NCBI GenBank assembly: GCA_038087875.1
Contig: CM075989.1
Span: 24,864,001-24,928,000, forward strand
Length of the DNA: 64,000 nucleotides
From: Malacoraja senta
Lineage: Eukaryota
Direction: 5' to 3'
Position numbers and translations under genes: made by a program. This document shows, in pieces, positions 37,701 through 49,818 of this stretch (position 1 is the first letter of the stretch; each line of letters opens with the position of its first letter). Under the pieces are notes generated by a model. That model did no database searches. It saw nothing but the letters and a program-made list of their open reading frames with translations, and was not told where the DNA came from.

Positions 37701-37978
37701 GACGGACACGAAATGCTGGAGTAACTCAGCGGGTCAGGCAGCACCTCTGGAGAAAAGGAATAGGTGACGATTCGCGTTGGTCTGAACGAGGGTTCTGAAC
37801 ACAAACGTCACCCATTCCTTTTCCCCAGAGATGCTGCCTGACCTGCTGAGTTACTCCAGCTTTTGGTGTCTGTCTTGGGTGTGTAAGTCATCTCACTGCT
37901 CCCTCGTGATGTCTCGTTGTGGCAGCAGAAGCCAGCTATCACTCTATGCCAAGGATTGACCAATGCACCTCCTCTTAC

Positions 37979-39373
37979 CTGAGAGAGAAGCCTTTCTCCA
38001 GCTGGTTGTTGACTGTTGGCGAGGACAATGGGGACAGGGGCTCTGTGGGTGGAGTGGGTGGGTGTGGGTTCCATGGGCCTCCACACAAAGATAGCGGTGA
38101 CAGGGGAAAGGCAAGTATGGTTTTCATCAGGGCGTGAGACAGCTGGTTGCTGAAGGAGTGGATCTTGTCAATGCTGGCTGAAAGCTGTCCGTCTCGCAAA
38201 GCTTTTACTTCACAACATTCATAGGTGGAGCTGGCGGCCAGAGGAAGCTTCGGGTTCGCAGCCCAGGTAGTTTCACCATCCCGCAATGGAGTCTGTGGTG
38301 AAGTGGGCACTGAGCTGGGCGATTCACTGTTACATCTCCTAGGACCAGAGTAATCCTTGGGAACATGGGCCTCTTGTGTCACCTCGTTAACCAGCGTCTG
38401 GGATACAGGCTCCACATTCCCAGTTTCGGGAGGTTGCTTGGAGGTAGCAGGAGATATCTGCCTTACTTTGGAGTCTTGTTCACCACTTGGAGCCGACACT
38501 GTTCGCTCCAGGGCATTACCCCAGGTTGGCAGCGAATGCCCACTCTTCCTGTTTCCTTTCACTGGGGTATCGGACTGGAGAAAGTTTCAAAAGAATGGAT
38601 CTTGTCTTTTATGGATCTGACTTGTGGAGTGAGCTTCCCAGTTGAAGCAAAGCCTCTGTCAATCTTGTTTTCCTTGGCAGCATTGTTGGCCTGCACCCTG
38701 CCCGATGATGCTTTCAGACTTTGTTGGGACCACATGGGCTTGGGAGCTACAGGAGGTCCCACCTTCACACTGCTCCTTTCCTCCAGCTTCCTATCTGCTG
38801 ACACTTCAGCCTCTTGCCTCAGCTGCAAATCAGTCGTGGACCTTGAAGTTGCCCAATTCTTGCTGCTCTCATTTCCAAAGGCTTTTGCTTTCCGCTGCAT
38901 GGCAAGGTTTTCAGTTGGCGAAGTCTCCATTTTGCCGTGGTTATGTCCCTTCACACAAGATGAAGGTTCTGCTGGGTTTAAATCCGACACTCTGTCAGTT
39001 AGAACTTCTAAGAACGTGACCCCTTCTGAATCCTCAGATGAAGGCAACATTTCCATTTTAACTTCAACATTGTGAACAGTGATGTTTGAGTTGAAGTTCT
39101 CCTCGGAAGCCTCGACATCAGAATGTCCATTGGTGTGTTTACTTGCAATCACCTCTTGGTTTCCAGTGAGTTGCAGTGGTGACTGAGTGGAAAGTTCCTG
39201 GGACTCTGACTGCACAATATCGGCTGCTTTACTTATGGAGTCTTCCATGGTTATAGAGACGAGACACTGCTGTAGGTCTTCAGTAGCCTCCGATGTACTA
39301 ACACACGTTTCCTGTTCCGCATCCAAACATGTCTGCCATCTCAGCAAACTCCGCGCTGACTCGGGGCTGTTCA
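37979..39373 (-). CDS. IL16: IL16 large exon (apparent 1-nt deletion near 38570)
   Basis: GPPVAPKPMWSQQSLK and SFETFS lie in one frame; KIHSFSNQLSHALMK and GFSL in another. Length is 1 nt short of what the flanking phases require. Confidence 0.85.
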
Positions 39374-39499
39374 CTGTATTTGCAAAGCAACCAATTAATA
39401 ACGCGCGGAAAGAAAATCTTGCACATTTACTAACGCTCTTGGCTAAGAAGCCAGCCCAACAAATCTGACCGACATGCTTAATCAGCACCCCTTTACGTT

Positions 39500-39640
39500 T
39501 GACTACCGCGGGTTTGCAGTCAAGAGAGGGCGGAGGGTGGGAGGGTATTTGCATTCAGTATCACAAAGACAACCACAAGAAATAGTTATGACTTCCTTTC
39601 CGCTCAAGAGACCAAGAAAAATACTTCCTGTTGAAAAAGG
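39500..39640 (-). promoter_or_regulatory. Candidate internal (short pro-IL-16) promoter
   Basis: GC box 39528-39533, RUNX AACCACA 39571-39577, ETS cores at 39591-39602 and 39623-39630. Confidence 0.5.
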
Positions 39641-40000
39641 CAAACCAAAGCAGTTTGAAATTCTTACATATTTCACTTTTTTTTTTTTAAATGCAGTATC
39701 TGGGTCTTGGCAAGACTTAACAATGTAAAAGTTAGTGTCTCTCAAAACTTGCAAAATAGGAAATTGCAGAAGGCGTGCCATTTGTTATTTATTTTTACCA
39801 AAATCATCTGGCAGTCAGTGTGCTAGAAAGCTGAAATGTGTTAAGGTCTTTTGCGTTTCCTGTCAATTGCTTCATTCTCACAAAAGTGCAGGATACTTTG
39901 TTCACCTCTCTTAGTAGGTACCCATTTAAAATGTAGGCATTAAAAATATTAGCTGTGCATCTTCTAGTCCAATACTCTAGCAGTTGCAAGTGAAACATAC

Positions 40001-40130
40001 CTCTTTGTTCAAGATGACAGGAGTTGGTTAAAGGTAAATGTTGATTTTGGTCTCCAGTCAGTATGTGGGTGACAGCGTCTGAGTGAATGGAAACAGCTTT
40101 GTGTTCTTGTGATGGCAGCTTTCTTACTTC
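40001..40130 (-). CDS. IL16: IL16 exon (poorly conserved linker)
   Basis: Open AG/GT exon EVRKLPSQEH...LEQR whose phases (0 in, 1 out) bridge the neighbours exactly. Confidence 0.75.
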
Positions 40131-43100
40131 CTGTGAAACAAACAGGATGCCATCATTTCAAAGGTGCAGTTGATGTGTAGAAACAAGGAACTGCAGATGC
40201 TGGTTTACACTCAAGAGCCAAGTGCTGGAGTAACTCTGTGGGTCAGGCAGCATCTCTGGAGAACATGGATAGGTGACGCTTTGGGTCGAGGTCATTCTTC
40301 AGACTCACCTATCCATGTTCTCCAGAAATGCTGCCTGACCCGCTGAGTTACTTCAGCACTCTGCGAAACGTCACCTATCCATGTTCTCCAGAGATGCTGC
40401 CTGACCCACTGAGTTACTCCAGCACTCTGTCCAGTTGACGATATATCTGCCTCTTCTCCTTGGCGATTGAATGACTGAAAGATTAGACCATCATTTACGG
40501 AAGAGGTTATTGATATAACTCTGGTCATTTTATTAAGACCAAGCTTAAAAACTGCATAATTAAGCATTTCTCAATTGTGCTGTGTTGGACATTAAAAATG
40601 ATAATGCATCTTAGTAATCACTCTCACTAGATTTAGTGGCATCATATTCACATGGTAGTATTGCCTATATTCCTGAGTATTTACAATAAATAACTCAGCC
40701 ACCAACACTAAGTGTGGCGAGCTGTCAAGTTTTGCTTTGCAGCTAAAGCCTGTGTGACACAACTTGGCAAATATCAAGATCATTCCTCATTTCAGTCATT
40801 TCCCACGAACTCCAACCACACATTGCTGTTCCTTCACAATGAGGTGCTGTTCAATTTCACGATTAAACCCACACTTGAGCAGCGATGTTTGGTGGGTGCA
40901 GAAGATCACTCAGGTACCTTATCTGGTAACACCAACAGATTTATTATCTTTTGCTTATACGGTCCCTTAGTTCAGAGTTGATTTGTTTGCATTTATTATT
41001 TAGCTGATTGCATCAAAGTCTCAGAGGTGCCTCAGCAGTAGAATCATAGATAAGTACGGCACAGAAACAGGCCCTCTGGCCCTCCCCATCCACACCAATC
41101 TGTTTACCCACCCACACTAATCCAGTTGCCCACGTTAGGACCCTCTCCATGCCTTGCCTGTCTTTCTCTGGGCATTATTGTTACTTATGATAAGAGGCTG
41201 CCATTGAATGGCTTTTCCCCCAGTGGGTTAGCAGCCTGAGAACATATTGATGGCAAGCCAGATAACTCATTTGTGCCTGAGTGTACTGTTGGTTCGAGGG
41301 CAGGTGATCTCTGGAAAGGAGACAAAAACAAAAAATGGGCTGTTGGGACGAGTCTGACGATACCACAAGGTTGGAGTTAAAAGAATGGAGCTTTAAGAAC
41401 TGGAAGGGAACAAAAAGAATGAGTTTCAACCTCCAAGTGACAAAGAAACCAATGTGGAGAAAGAAGCATCGATGATGCGCTGACAAAGTGAAGAGAGGAC
41501 AAAGCGATGGTAACTTGTCACTTCTTGGTTTCAGAGAGTGATGGTCACAGAGTCATCGAGTGATACAGTGTGGAAACAGGCCCTTCGGCCCCTCGCCCAC
41601 ACCGGCCAACGTCCCATCTACACTAGTCATACCTGCCTGCATTTGGTCCATATCCCTCCAAACCTGTCCTATCCATGTACCTGTCTAACTGTTTCTTAAA
41701 TGTTGGAATAGTCCCTGCCTTAACTACCTCCTCTAGCAGCTTGTTCCATACACCCACCACCCTCTGTGTGGAAAAGTTGCCCCTCAGATTCCTATTAAAT
41801 CTTTTCCCTTGAAAGGAATTTGAAAGAATTCTTGAAAGAATTGGATCTTTGAAAGAATTTCTTGCATTTAGCCAGTCTGTGTCGGGTGGATTCCATCCAA
41901 TGTTGTCCATTCCCTTGTTGGACAGCTGGGGAAGATGAGCTCAGATCTCACCGCTCTCCACACTGCCTACCGGGCAGACGTACGCTACATTAACCAACTT
42001 CCCTGCTCTGTCCCTCCTCGTAATAACATAGTACATTGCTGTAAATGTTCTAAGATTGGGTAGAACCTTTACCCAGAGTAGGGGAATCAGGAACCAGAGG
42101 ACATGGATTTAAGGTGAAGGGGGGAAAGATTTTATAGGAACCTGAAGGGCAACCAAAGGGTAGTACATATATGGAGGTAGGTACTATCACAATGTTAAAG
42201 AAACATTCAGACAGATACACAGATAGGAACAGGTTTAGAGGGACATGGGCCAAATTCAGGCAGGTGAGACTAGTGTAGATGGGGCACTTTGGTTGGCATA
42301 GGGAAGTTGGGCCAAAGGGCCTGTTTCCACACTGTATGACTCTGACTCTAAGATGGTTGACTCTGAGCTTGTGCATATGTTCCTGAATTAACACAGTGGG
42401 TTCCTGGACTAATCATTGAGACGAGACTGCAGATGCTGGAAGCCTGAGCAACACACAATGTGCTGGACGGAGGAACTCAGTGGGTCAGGCAGCATCTGGG
42501 GAGGGTGATATTTTGGGTTGGGTCCCTTCTTCAGACTCAAAGTGTCATCTGTCCATTGCGTCCCCAGATGCTGCCTGACCTGCTGAGTTCACGCAGCACT
42601 TTGCGTTTTGCTAATGATCAAGGCTCGTGTGTAAACCTCACCACAGCAGCAAGGAAATTAAATCCAGTAAATTGAATGATCTGGATTTAAAAAGATTACG
42701 TAAAGATGATTATCAACTATCATGTGGTCATAAAAATACCTCTGATCCCAAGCCATCCATGTTGATCTTGCTGCATGTGAGGCCCAGACCCACAGCATGC
42801 AGTTCATGCTCAGCTATCCCTGGGAATAACTTGGCAAACCACTCAGCTTGTGTCGTACCAGCACGACAAACCGCACTGGACCACATCTCCTCACTGGTGC
42901 TCTGGACACCACTGGTCACCACTGGTCACTCAGCACCAGCGGCATCTGAAACAGTGCTTGCAGATGTGTGTGAGGAGGACTTTGCAGGCTCACACCATGG
43001 GGAAATGTTTAATTGTCTCTGATACAATAGACAATAGGTGCAGGAGTAGGCCATTCGGCCCTTCGAGCCAGCACCACCATTCACTGTGATCATGGCTGAT

Positions 43101-43497
43101 GCAGGGCCGAGGTAAAACCAGGTAGAAATGTTTTACCTGCGAAATGTGATTGGATCTTGCCTATTATGTGATCCAATGTCATCAAGATATAACATGTTAG
43201 GGTTCTATTTAGTTTAGACATACAGAGGCCACCGAGTCCGCGCCCCGTATATTTGCACTATCCTACACACCAGGGACAATTTACAATTTTTACCAAAGTC
43301 AATTAACCTACAAACCTGTATATCTTTAGGGAGGAAACCAGAGCACCCAGAGAAAACCCACGCGGTCACAGGGGGAATGTACAAACTCCGTACAGATAGC
43401 ACCCGTAGTCAGGATGGAACCCGGGTCTCTGGTGCTGTGAGGCAGCAGCTCTACCTGCCGCGCTACCAGTGTTGCAGCTGTTTGAGGCGTGTCTCAC

Positions 43498-43877
43498 CTG
43501 GCACTCCTCCGTCCCACGTATCTGTGATGGCGAGCGATCGACTTGCTGGCAGCTTGTGGTCCGTGGTGGGGGAGTTGGTGGGGGAATCTTCTTCGATTCA
43601 TTATTGTTTCTATCGGTCATTTCTGACGCAGGCTTATCATTGAGTTTGATTAGATAAATATTGTTGTCGAGACCACCCAGCGGTTGGTGCTGACTGTCTG
43701 AAGGCAAGGCAAGTGTGTCAGTCTGTGGGTTGTCGGAGTTAATGGCAGAGCCGTTAAAGTAACTGCTATCACTGCTGGAACGGGTCATGGGCTTCGGAGC
43801 TTTCCTGATAAAACTTCTGTCCACGCACTTTTCCCACATTTTCTTTCTGTGCCAATTTGCTTCAATTTTCTTTGAGC
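43498..43877 (-). CDS. IL16: IL16 exon
   Basis: SKKIEANWH...MTRSSSDSSY...PTPPPR...EECQ. Confidence 0.88.
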
Positions 43878-44808
43878 CTTTAAAAAAGGATTACAATCTT
43901 AGTGTTAACGTGAATGTACCACTCTACTGTCAAAATAATGTTGATGATATTCACATTAATTCCCATTCATTACTCATGTTATTCTCTTTATCCTGTATCT
44001 GTACACAATAGACGGCACGATTTCAATAAAGTACCGTCTTTATAACTGGTTGGCAGGCAACAACAGAGACTTTCCACTGTACCCCGGTACACGTGACAAT
44101 AAACAAAACTAAAATCATCAGATGTCTTCCTGATTACACGCAGGATTGGTTGTCAGAAACATGGGGAGATCAATAAGATTATTGTAAAATAAGGGTTTGA
44201 TGGTGGAGTACCCTGTCAGCAGACAGACAGACATGTTTCTATGTTACATGACTCCATGAAGCCCTGGACTCGTGGAGTTTAGAAGAATGAGGGGGGACCT
44301 CATTGAAAATTACCGAATTGTGAAGGATAGAGTGAATGTGGAGATGATGTTTCCACTAGTTGGAGAGTCTAGGACCAGAGGGCACAACCTCAAATTACAG
44401 GAGGAAGAATGTATTTAGTCAGAGGGCATTGTATCCATGGAATTCATTGCCACAGACGGCTGTGGAGGCCAAGACATGGGGTATTTTTAAAGCAGAGATT
44501 GATAGATGTCAAATGTTACAGGGAGAAGGCAGGAGAATGGGGTTGAGTGGGAAAAATAGATCAGCCATGATTGAATGGTGGAGTAGGCTCGATGCCAAAT
44601 GGTCTAATTTTGCTCCTATATGTTATGGTCTAAGACCGATCAGACAAAAAGTGGTGGAGTTGCTCGAGATGTTAAGGAACTAAAGGAAAAAGTATCAAGG
44701 TACGGCACGTGATTAGAAAAGCGAGCAGAATGTTATAGTTTATGTCAAGCTGAAAATTGAATGCATTTGTCGGGAGGGTTTCAGTCTCAGATAACAAGAA
44801 ACATTTAC

Positions 44809-44896
44809 CTTGTACATTCCATTGATAGCTGTCTTGACTAAACCGAGCATTTTCAACCCTTTGTAGAATTGCATCATTAAACTGCTGCTCAGAGAT
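44809..44896 (-). CDS. IL16: IL16 exon
   Basis: ISEQQFNDAILQRVENARFSQDSYQWNVQ. Confidence 0.88.
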
Positions 44897-46046
44897 CTGT
44901 AATCACAACACCAGCCAAACGTTAGTGTTCACCTCCCAGTGCTAAACATCACACAGTGTACAGTTAAAGCTGCAGACTGCACAACAAAACCACCAGTCCT
45001 GGTGATCAGTGGAACAAATATATTGAATAAGGTACAATAACCAAAGTAGGGTGGGAGTCTGAGAAGCAAGGTGTTGTACAAGGCATTGGTGAGGCACATT
45101 TGGAGTAACATGTTCAGTTTTGGGCACCCTGTTCGAATGTAGAGAAGATTTACAAGGATATTACCAGGACTTGAGGACCTGAGCTGTTGGGAAAGGTTGG
45201 GAAAGATAGGAGTTGTTTCCTTGGAATGCAGGAGGCTGAGGGGTGAAGTATAAGACCATCAGGGGAATAGATGAAGTAGAGGCACCGAGTCTTTTACCCA
45301 GAGTAGAGACATTAAGAACCAGAGGGCATAGGTTTAGGTGAGAGGGGAAAGATTTAATAGCTATCTGAGAGGCAACTTTTTCGCACAGATGGTGGTGGAT
45401 GTATGGAACAAGCTGCCAGAGGAGGTAGTTGAGGCAGGTACTATAACAACAAGACATTTGGACAGGTACACGGACATGAAATATTTAGAGGGACATTGGC
45501 AAAGTGCTGGAGTAACTCAGCGGGTCAGGCAGCATCTGTGGAGAACATGGATAGGTGACATTTCACAGAGTGCTGGAGTAACTCAGCGGGTCAGGCAGCA
45601 TCTGTGGAGAACATGGATAGGTGACATTTCACAGAGTGCTGGAGTAACTCAGCGGTCAGGCAGCATCTGTGGAGAACATGGATAGGTGACGCTTTGGGAT
45701 GGAGATCATGGGCTGGGTAGTGGGAGATAAAATGTCTGCAACAACATACTGCCTTAACTATGAGTTGAAATTTAGGACCACAGGAAGGCTGAGCTAAATG
45801 TCATGTTAAATAATTCTCCTACTATAAACTAAACTAGAATGTGGACTTTGAAATCCTGGGAATTAATTTGAGCCTAAATCACCAAATGGAAGTCCCTTGG
45901 AACTGTGTGGAACTGGTTAAGGGTTCAAAAGAACACCATTGACTTGAGTCTACGTTGCTCCCTTTCCCAGCGGGTTCACGACTGGTGAATTGGCTTCTAC
46001 TACATCCCTCTGTCACCCCGACACCACTGAGGTGTGGCCATCTTAC

Positions 46047-46179
46047 CAGGGGATCAGGGTGCCGGCTAATCACCAGGTGGTTGTGGCCAGGCCGGCAGTG
46101 CTGGAGATGGGCGTACGCTTCATTCAGAGTCAGGTTGTGGATATTTGTCGTATTAATCTTTAATATGTGGTCCCCACAC
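46047..46179 (-). CDS. IL16: IL16 exon (second N-terminal PDZ)
   Basis: CGDHILKINTTNIHNLTLNEAYAHLQHCRPGHNHLVISRHPDPL. Confidence 0.92.
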
Positions 46180-46532
46180 CTAGAGCAAATGAAACATCAC
46201 AATGTAAAATGCCGCTTTAAGAGTCAATCAAGTGTTTAATCACCATGTGTACCATCCACAGAATAATGACATTCTAACTTGCAACTGACCTGTAAACAGT
46301 ACTCAGGGATGATAGTGAAAAAAAGATCAATAAGGATAAAAAAAATCAATATTAGTGCAAAAAAAAAACCTGGAATCCTTAGTGCCACCAAAACAGTTTG
46401 TAGCTGATAGTGTAGTTGGTGTTGAAGTTGCCTGAACTTTATTGCCTTCCCTCACAGTGGGAAACGTTGATTCCGCTGTGTGGGGATGTTCATGTTAAAA
46501 TCTATCGTGTGTTGTGTTCTTTTTATTTGTAT

Positions 46533-46653
46533 GGCTGTATGGCTGTCTGGCTGTCTGGCTGTCTGGCTGTCTGGCTGTCTGGCTGTCTGGCTGTCTGGCT
46601 GTCTGGCTGTCTGGCTGTCTGGCTGTCTGGCTGTCTGGCTGTATGGCTGTATG
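46533..46653. repeat. (GGCTGTCT)n octamer repeat
   Basis: Direct observation. Confidence 0.95.
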
Positions 46654-47302
46654 GTAACTCTAATCGCACTGTACCAATGTGACAATAAATGTGACTTCAA
46701 CTTGTTTGTAGTTTAAGAGCCTGATGCATGTTGGGCAGAAGCTGTTCGTACTTTCAACAAGAGGGTGGTAAGGGCCCATGTTGAAGGAAACTGGAGCACC
46801 CAGAGGAAACCCACGCAAGAACATACAAACTCCACACAGACAGCGCCTGAGGTCAGCATCAAACCCAGGTCACTGGCACCGTGAGGCAATGGCTCTACCA
46901 CCACACTGCTGACCCACTCCAACTAGAGGCATATGGAGCACCCAGAGGAAACCATGTAGTCACTGGGAGTAGTGCAGACAGCACTCAAACGGACCAGGTT
47001 TGATCCATGGCCTCTTATACCGCGAGGCAGCAACTCTAGCTGTGCCATTGTGCCGTTAGTATCTTGTCGTTTAGGGACTCGGAGAATTGGCTCCAGTGTG
47101 TTTGGTTTGCTGCTGGGTGGAGATCAGAAGCCTGTCATGAGCAGAACTTACACCACTGCCCCATATACAAGCCTCCACGTGATGCCTCAGCTGCACAAGA
47201 CCAATGTAGAGAGGAGACTCGCAGAAGATTTATCGCTTCTACTTCCATCCAAAGCAAAGAATTTCACTGTACCCTGTGACTATAAAGTGTTCCATCCCTT
47301 AC

Positions 47303-47420
47303 CGGAGCCTTCCGTCTAGATGTGCCACTGATCCTGGAGAGAGTGTGTGGATATAGATGCCAGATGCCTGCAGGTGGGTGGACACACTGCACAGTCCAAT
47401 TCCCAAACCCACACCGTCCT
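47303..47420 (-). CDS. IL16: IL16 exon (second N-terminal PDZ)
   Basis: [39 protein letters not shown]. Confidence 0.94.
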
Positions 47421-47626
47421 CTGGGGAAAGGAAACAGACGTGACTTTAGAGAAGTTTCAGCACCATGACCACGAGCTGCTGCTAGACTCTGTGAGGCAGC
47501 AACTCTACCTCCGCGCCACTTTAGATTTAACAAATTCTAGCTGCAACCTTACCATTACTGACCCAGAATTAAGACCAGGTCGAGGTGTTCCGTTGGCTTG
47601 GAATTTAATGCTGGCCATTTGCTTAC

Positions 47627-47846
47627 CTTTGTACAAAGTGACTTCCAAAATGACTCTGTCATCAGGGTTTGGCACCTTGGGCATGTTGTCCAGCTCCAGG
47701 CTTGAGCAGCTGCCCCTCACCACCACGTCAGTGTTGGAGTTGGTCGACCACGAGTGGCTCAGGTATGTCGCCGACTGTCGCTGAGACAGACTCGAGCCCT
47801 TCAAACACGTCCTGACCGCCAGCGTGACAACGCCCTTCCGCACTTG
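47627..47846 (-). CDS. IL16: IL16 exon
   Basis: QVRKGVVTLAVRT...PDDRVILEVTLYK. Confidence 0.92.
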
Positions 47847-47918
47847 CTACAGCAACAACAAAACCAACAGCACTTTGACCAAAGGACACGCATTGCTGGA
47901 GTAGCTCAGCGACTCAGG

Positions 47919-48957
47919 CAGGGACGGAAATCCCGGGGGGGGCAGGGGGGGTGTCCCCCCCCCCCCCGTTTTGAGAGGAGGGGGACGATCCCCCCCCCCC
48001 CCCCCCCCCCGTTTTTTGTAATCCGGATTTTTAAAACTCGGTGAAATCTCCGCTTTCCGTGAGACAGTGGGTGTGGGATTGCTGATCGAGGGCGCCGATT
48101 GGACGAGAGAGACGTCGGTCAGCAGGCAATGGGGGCAGGGCCATATTTCAGCACGATGATTGCAGGAGGGAGGTGTCGGTCAGAGGCGGAAGTAGGGGGT
48201 GGGACTGAGGATAGAGCGCGGTGTTTGGAGGAGGGAGACGTCCGTGGGGCAAAGATCAGAGTGGAGCTTGAATTGCATGCCCAGGTCATAGGTCACAAGC
48301 GAACAACACCCTCAGCAGCCCTGGACACAGACCTGCGCCTCATCCACAGCCAGGATCGATCCCGGGTCTCCGGCACTGCAATCGCTGCCGCACCGCCACT
48401 GGACCATCCCCGTCCCCACCCGAGTGCCCCCACCCCCCCACCATGCCCGGGGGTGACCAGAGACGTCGGGAGTCAGACAGGAGCGGTGCCCCCAGGCCCA
48501 CAGCCAGCGCAGAGAAGCAGCGCTAAATCCAACTCAACTCTGCCTGTCCCGCCGGGTTAACCTACAGCCCTGCCTGGACTTACCGGAACGATGGCCCAGG
48601 TTTACAGCCAGCGCGGAGAAGCAGTGCTAGCTTCACAGCTCCAGACGTGCGTGCGTGTGCGTGTGTGTGCATGTGTGTGTGTGCGTGCGTGCATGTGTGT
48701 GCGTGTGTGTGCGTGTGTATGCGTGTGTGTGTGCGTGTGTGCGTGTGCGTGTGCGTGTGTGCGCGTGTGCGTGTGCGTGCGCGTGTGCGTGTGCGTGTGT
48801 GTGTGCGTGTGCGGGCGTGTGTTTGCGTGTGTGTGCGTGTGTGTGCGTGTGTGTGCGTGTGTGTGCGTGCGTGTGCGTGTGTGCATGCGCGCGTGGCCGG
48901 CAAGAGATTGCGGCCCCCCCCTGTCCCCCCATGTTTTGATAGCGATTTCCGTGCCTG
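47919..48957. mobile_element. Non-autonomous DNA transposon nested in a Penelope terminal repeat
   Basis: 14-bp TIRs CAGG(G/C)ACGGAAATC; the host repeat stops at 47918 and resumes at 48958. Confidence 0.7.
48646..48893. repeat. Compound (GT/GC)n alternating purine-pyrimidine tract
   Basis: Direct observation; source of the CVCV/THTH ORFs. Confidence 0.95.
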
Positions 48958-49317
48958 GCAGGCGGCATCTCTGGAGAACATGGAAAGGTGACGTTTCGGG
49001 TCAGGACTCTCCCTCAGACCGATTGCAGTGGGGGAAAGCTAGAAGCGAGGTGGGGTTAGGACAAAGACAGGTAAGTGATAGGTGGGTGAGGGGGTTGATT
49101 GGCAAACAAAGACCAGAGTTGAAAATTAGACAAAAGGGTGTGAGCTAAGAAGAGAAGAGACATGAATTGTGGCCTCACATCAGGAAGAGGTGTAGGTTAA
49201 AGGGGACAGGGGGAAGCAGGAAGAGGGAGTGAGATAGAGGGAAAAATACACTGAGCATTTGTTTGTCTCCCAGTTTTAATTAATAAATTAATGATTTGCA
49301 CTCTGTGACAGACTGAC

Positions 49318-49391
49318 CTTAAATATCTGTACTGCTTCTTCATGGGTTAATTCATTCATTGACACCCCGTTCACTTCAAGTATTTCATCTC
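49318..49391 (-). CDS. IL16: IL16 exon (first N-terminal PDZ)
   Basis: DEILEVNGVSMNELTHEEAVQIFK. Confidence 0.92.
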
Positions 49392-49818
49392 CTGCAGGGT
49401 GAAAAATTGCCCACATCAATGTTTCTGTTTATAGATCCTGCATCTCAGTCACACATCAAACACCAGACTGTCCCCAGCAGGACAGAGCAGGAAAGCAGAT
49501 CCTTCAGCCCAGTTGGGTCAGATCTCCGTCAGTGTGGACACCATGGATTTACTTGCCAAGGAAGTGCCTCAACTATTACTCTGTCATTGAAAACAAATCT
49601 GTCTATTTTGTGATTGAATGATCTCGAAGAATCTTAATTAGTTAAGGGCAGCACGGTGGCGCAGCGGTAGAGTTGCTGCCTCACAGCGCCAGAGACCCGG
49701 GTTCCATCCTGACTACGGGTGCTGTGTGAACGGAGTTTGTACGTTCTCCCTGTGACTGCGTGGGTTTTCTCTGGGTACTCCGGTTTCCTCCCGAACTCCA
49801 AAGATGAGCAGGTTTGTA

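Noticed and set aside
38559..38600. Programmed ribosomal frameshift or micro-intron rescuing IL16
   Set aside because: No canonical slippery heptamer; a TTTCTCCAG acceptor-like string exists but it encodes conserved residues and has no evident donor.
38365..39075. 236-aa plus-strand ORF
   Set aside because: Antisense shadow of the IL16 large exon with no recognisable motifs.
42860..43020. Possible extra IL16 exon
   Set aside because: Stops in all frames after the candidate acceptors; the neighbouring exons already join in phase.
49646..49720. tRNA genes at SINE heads (also 24400-24478)
   Set aside because: A/B boxes continue into SINE body and tail; no complete cloverleaf evident.
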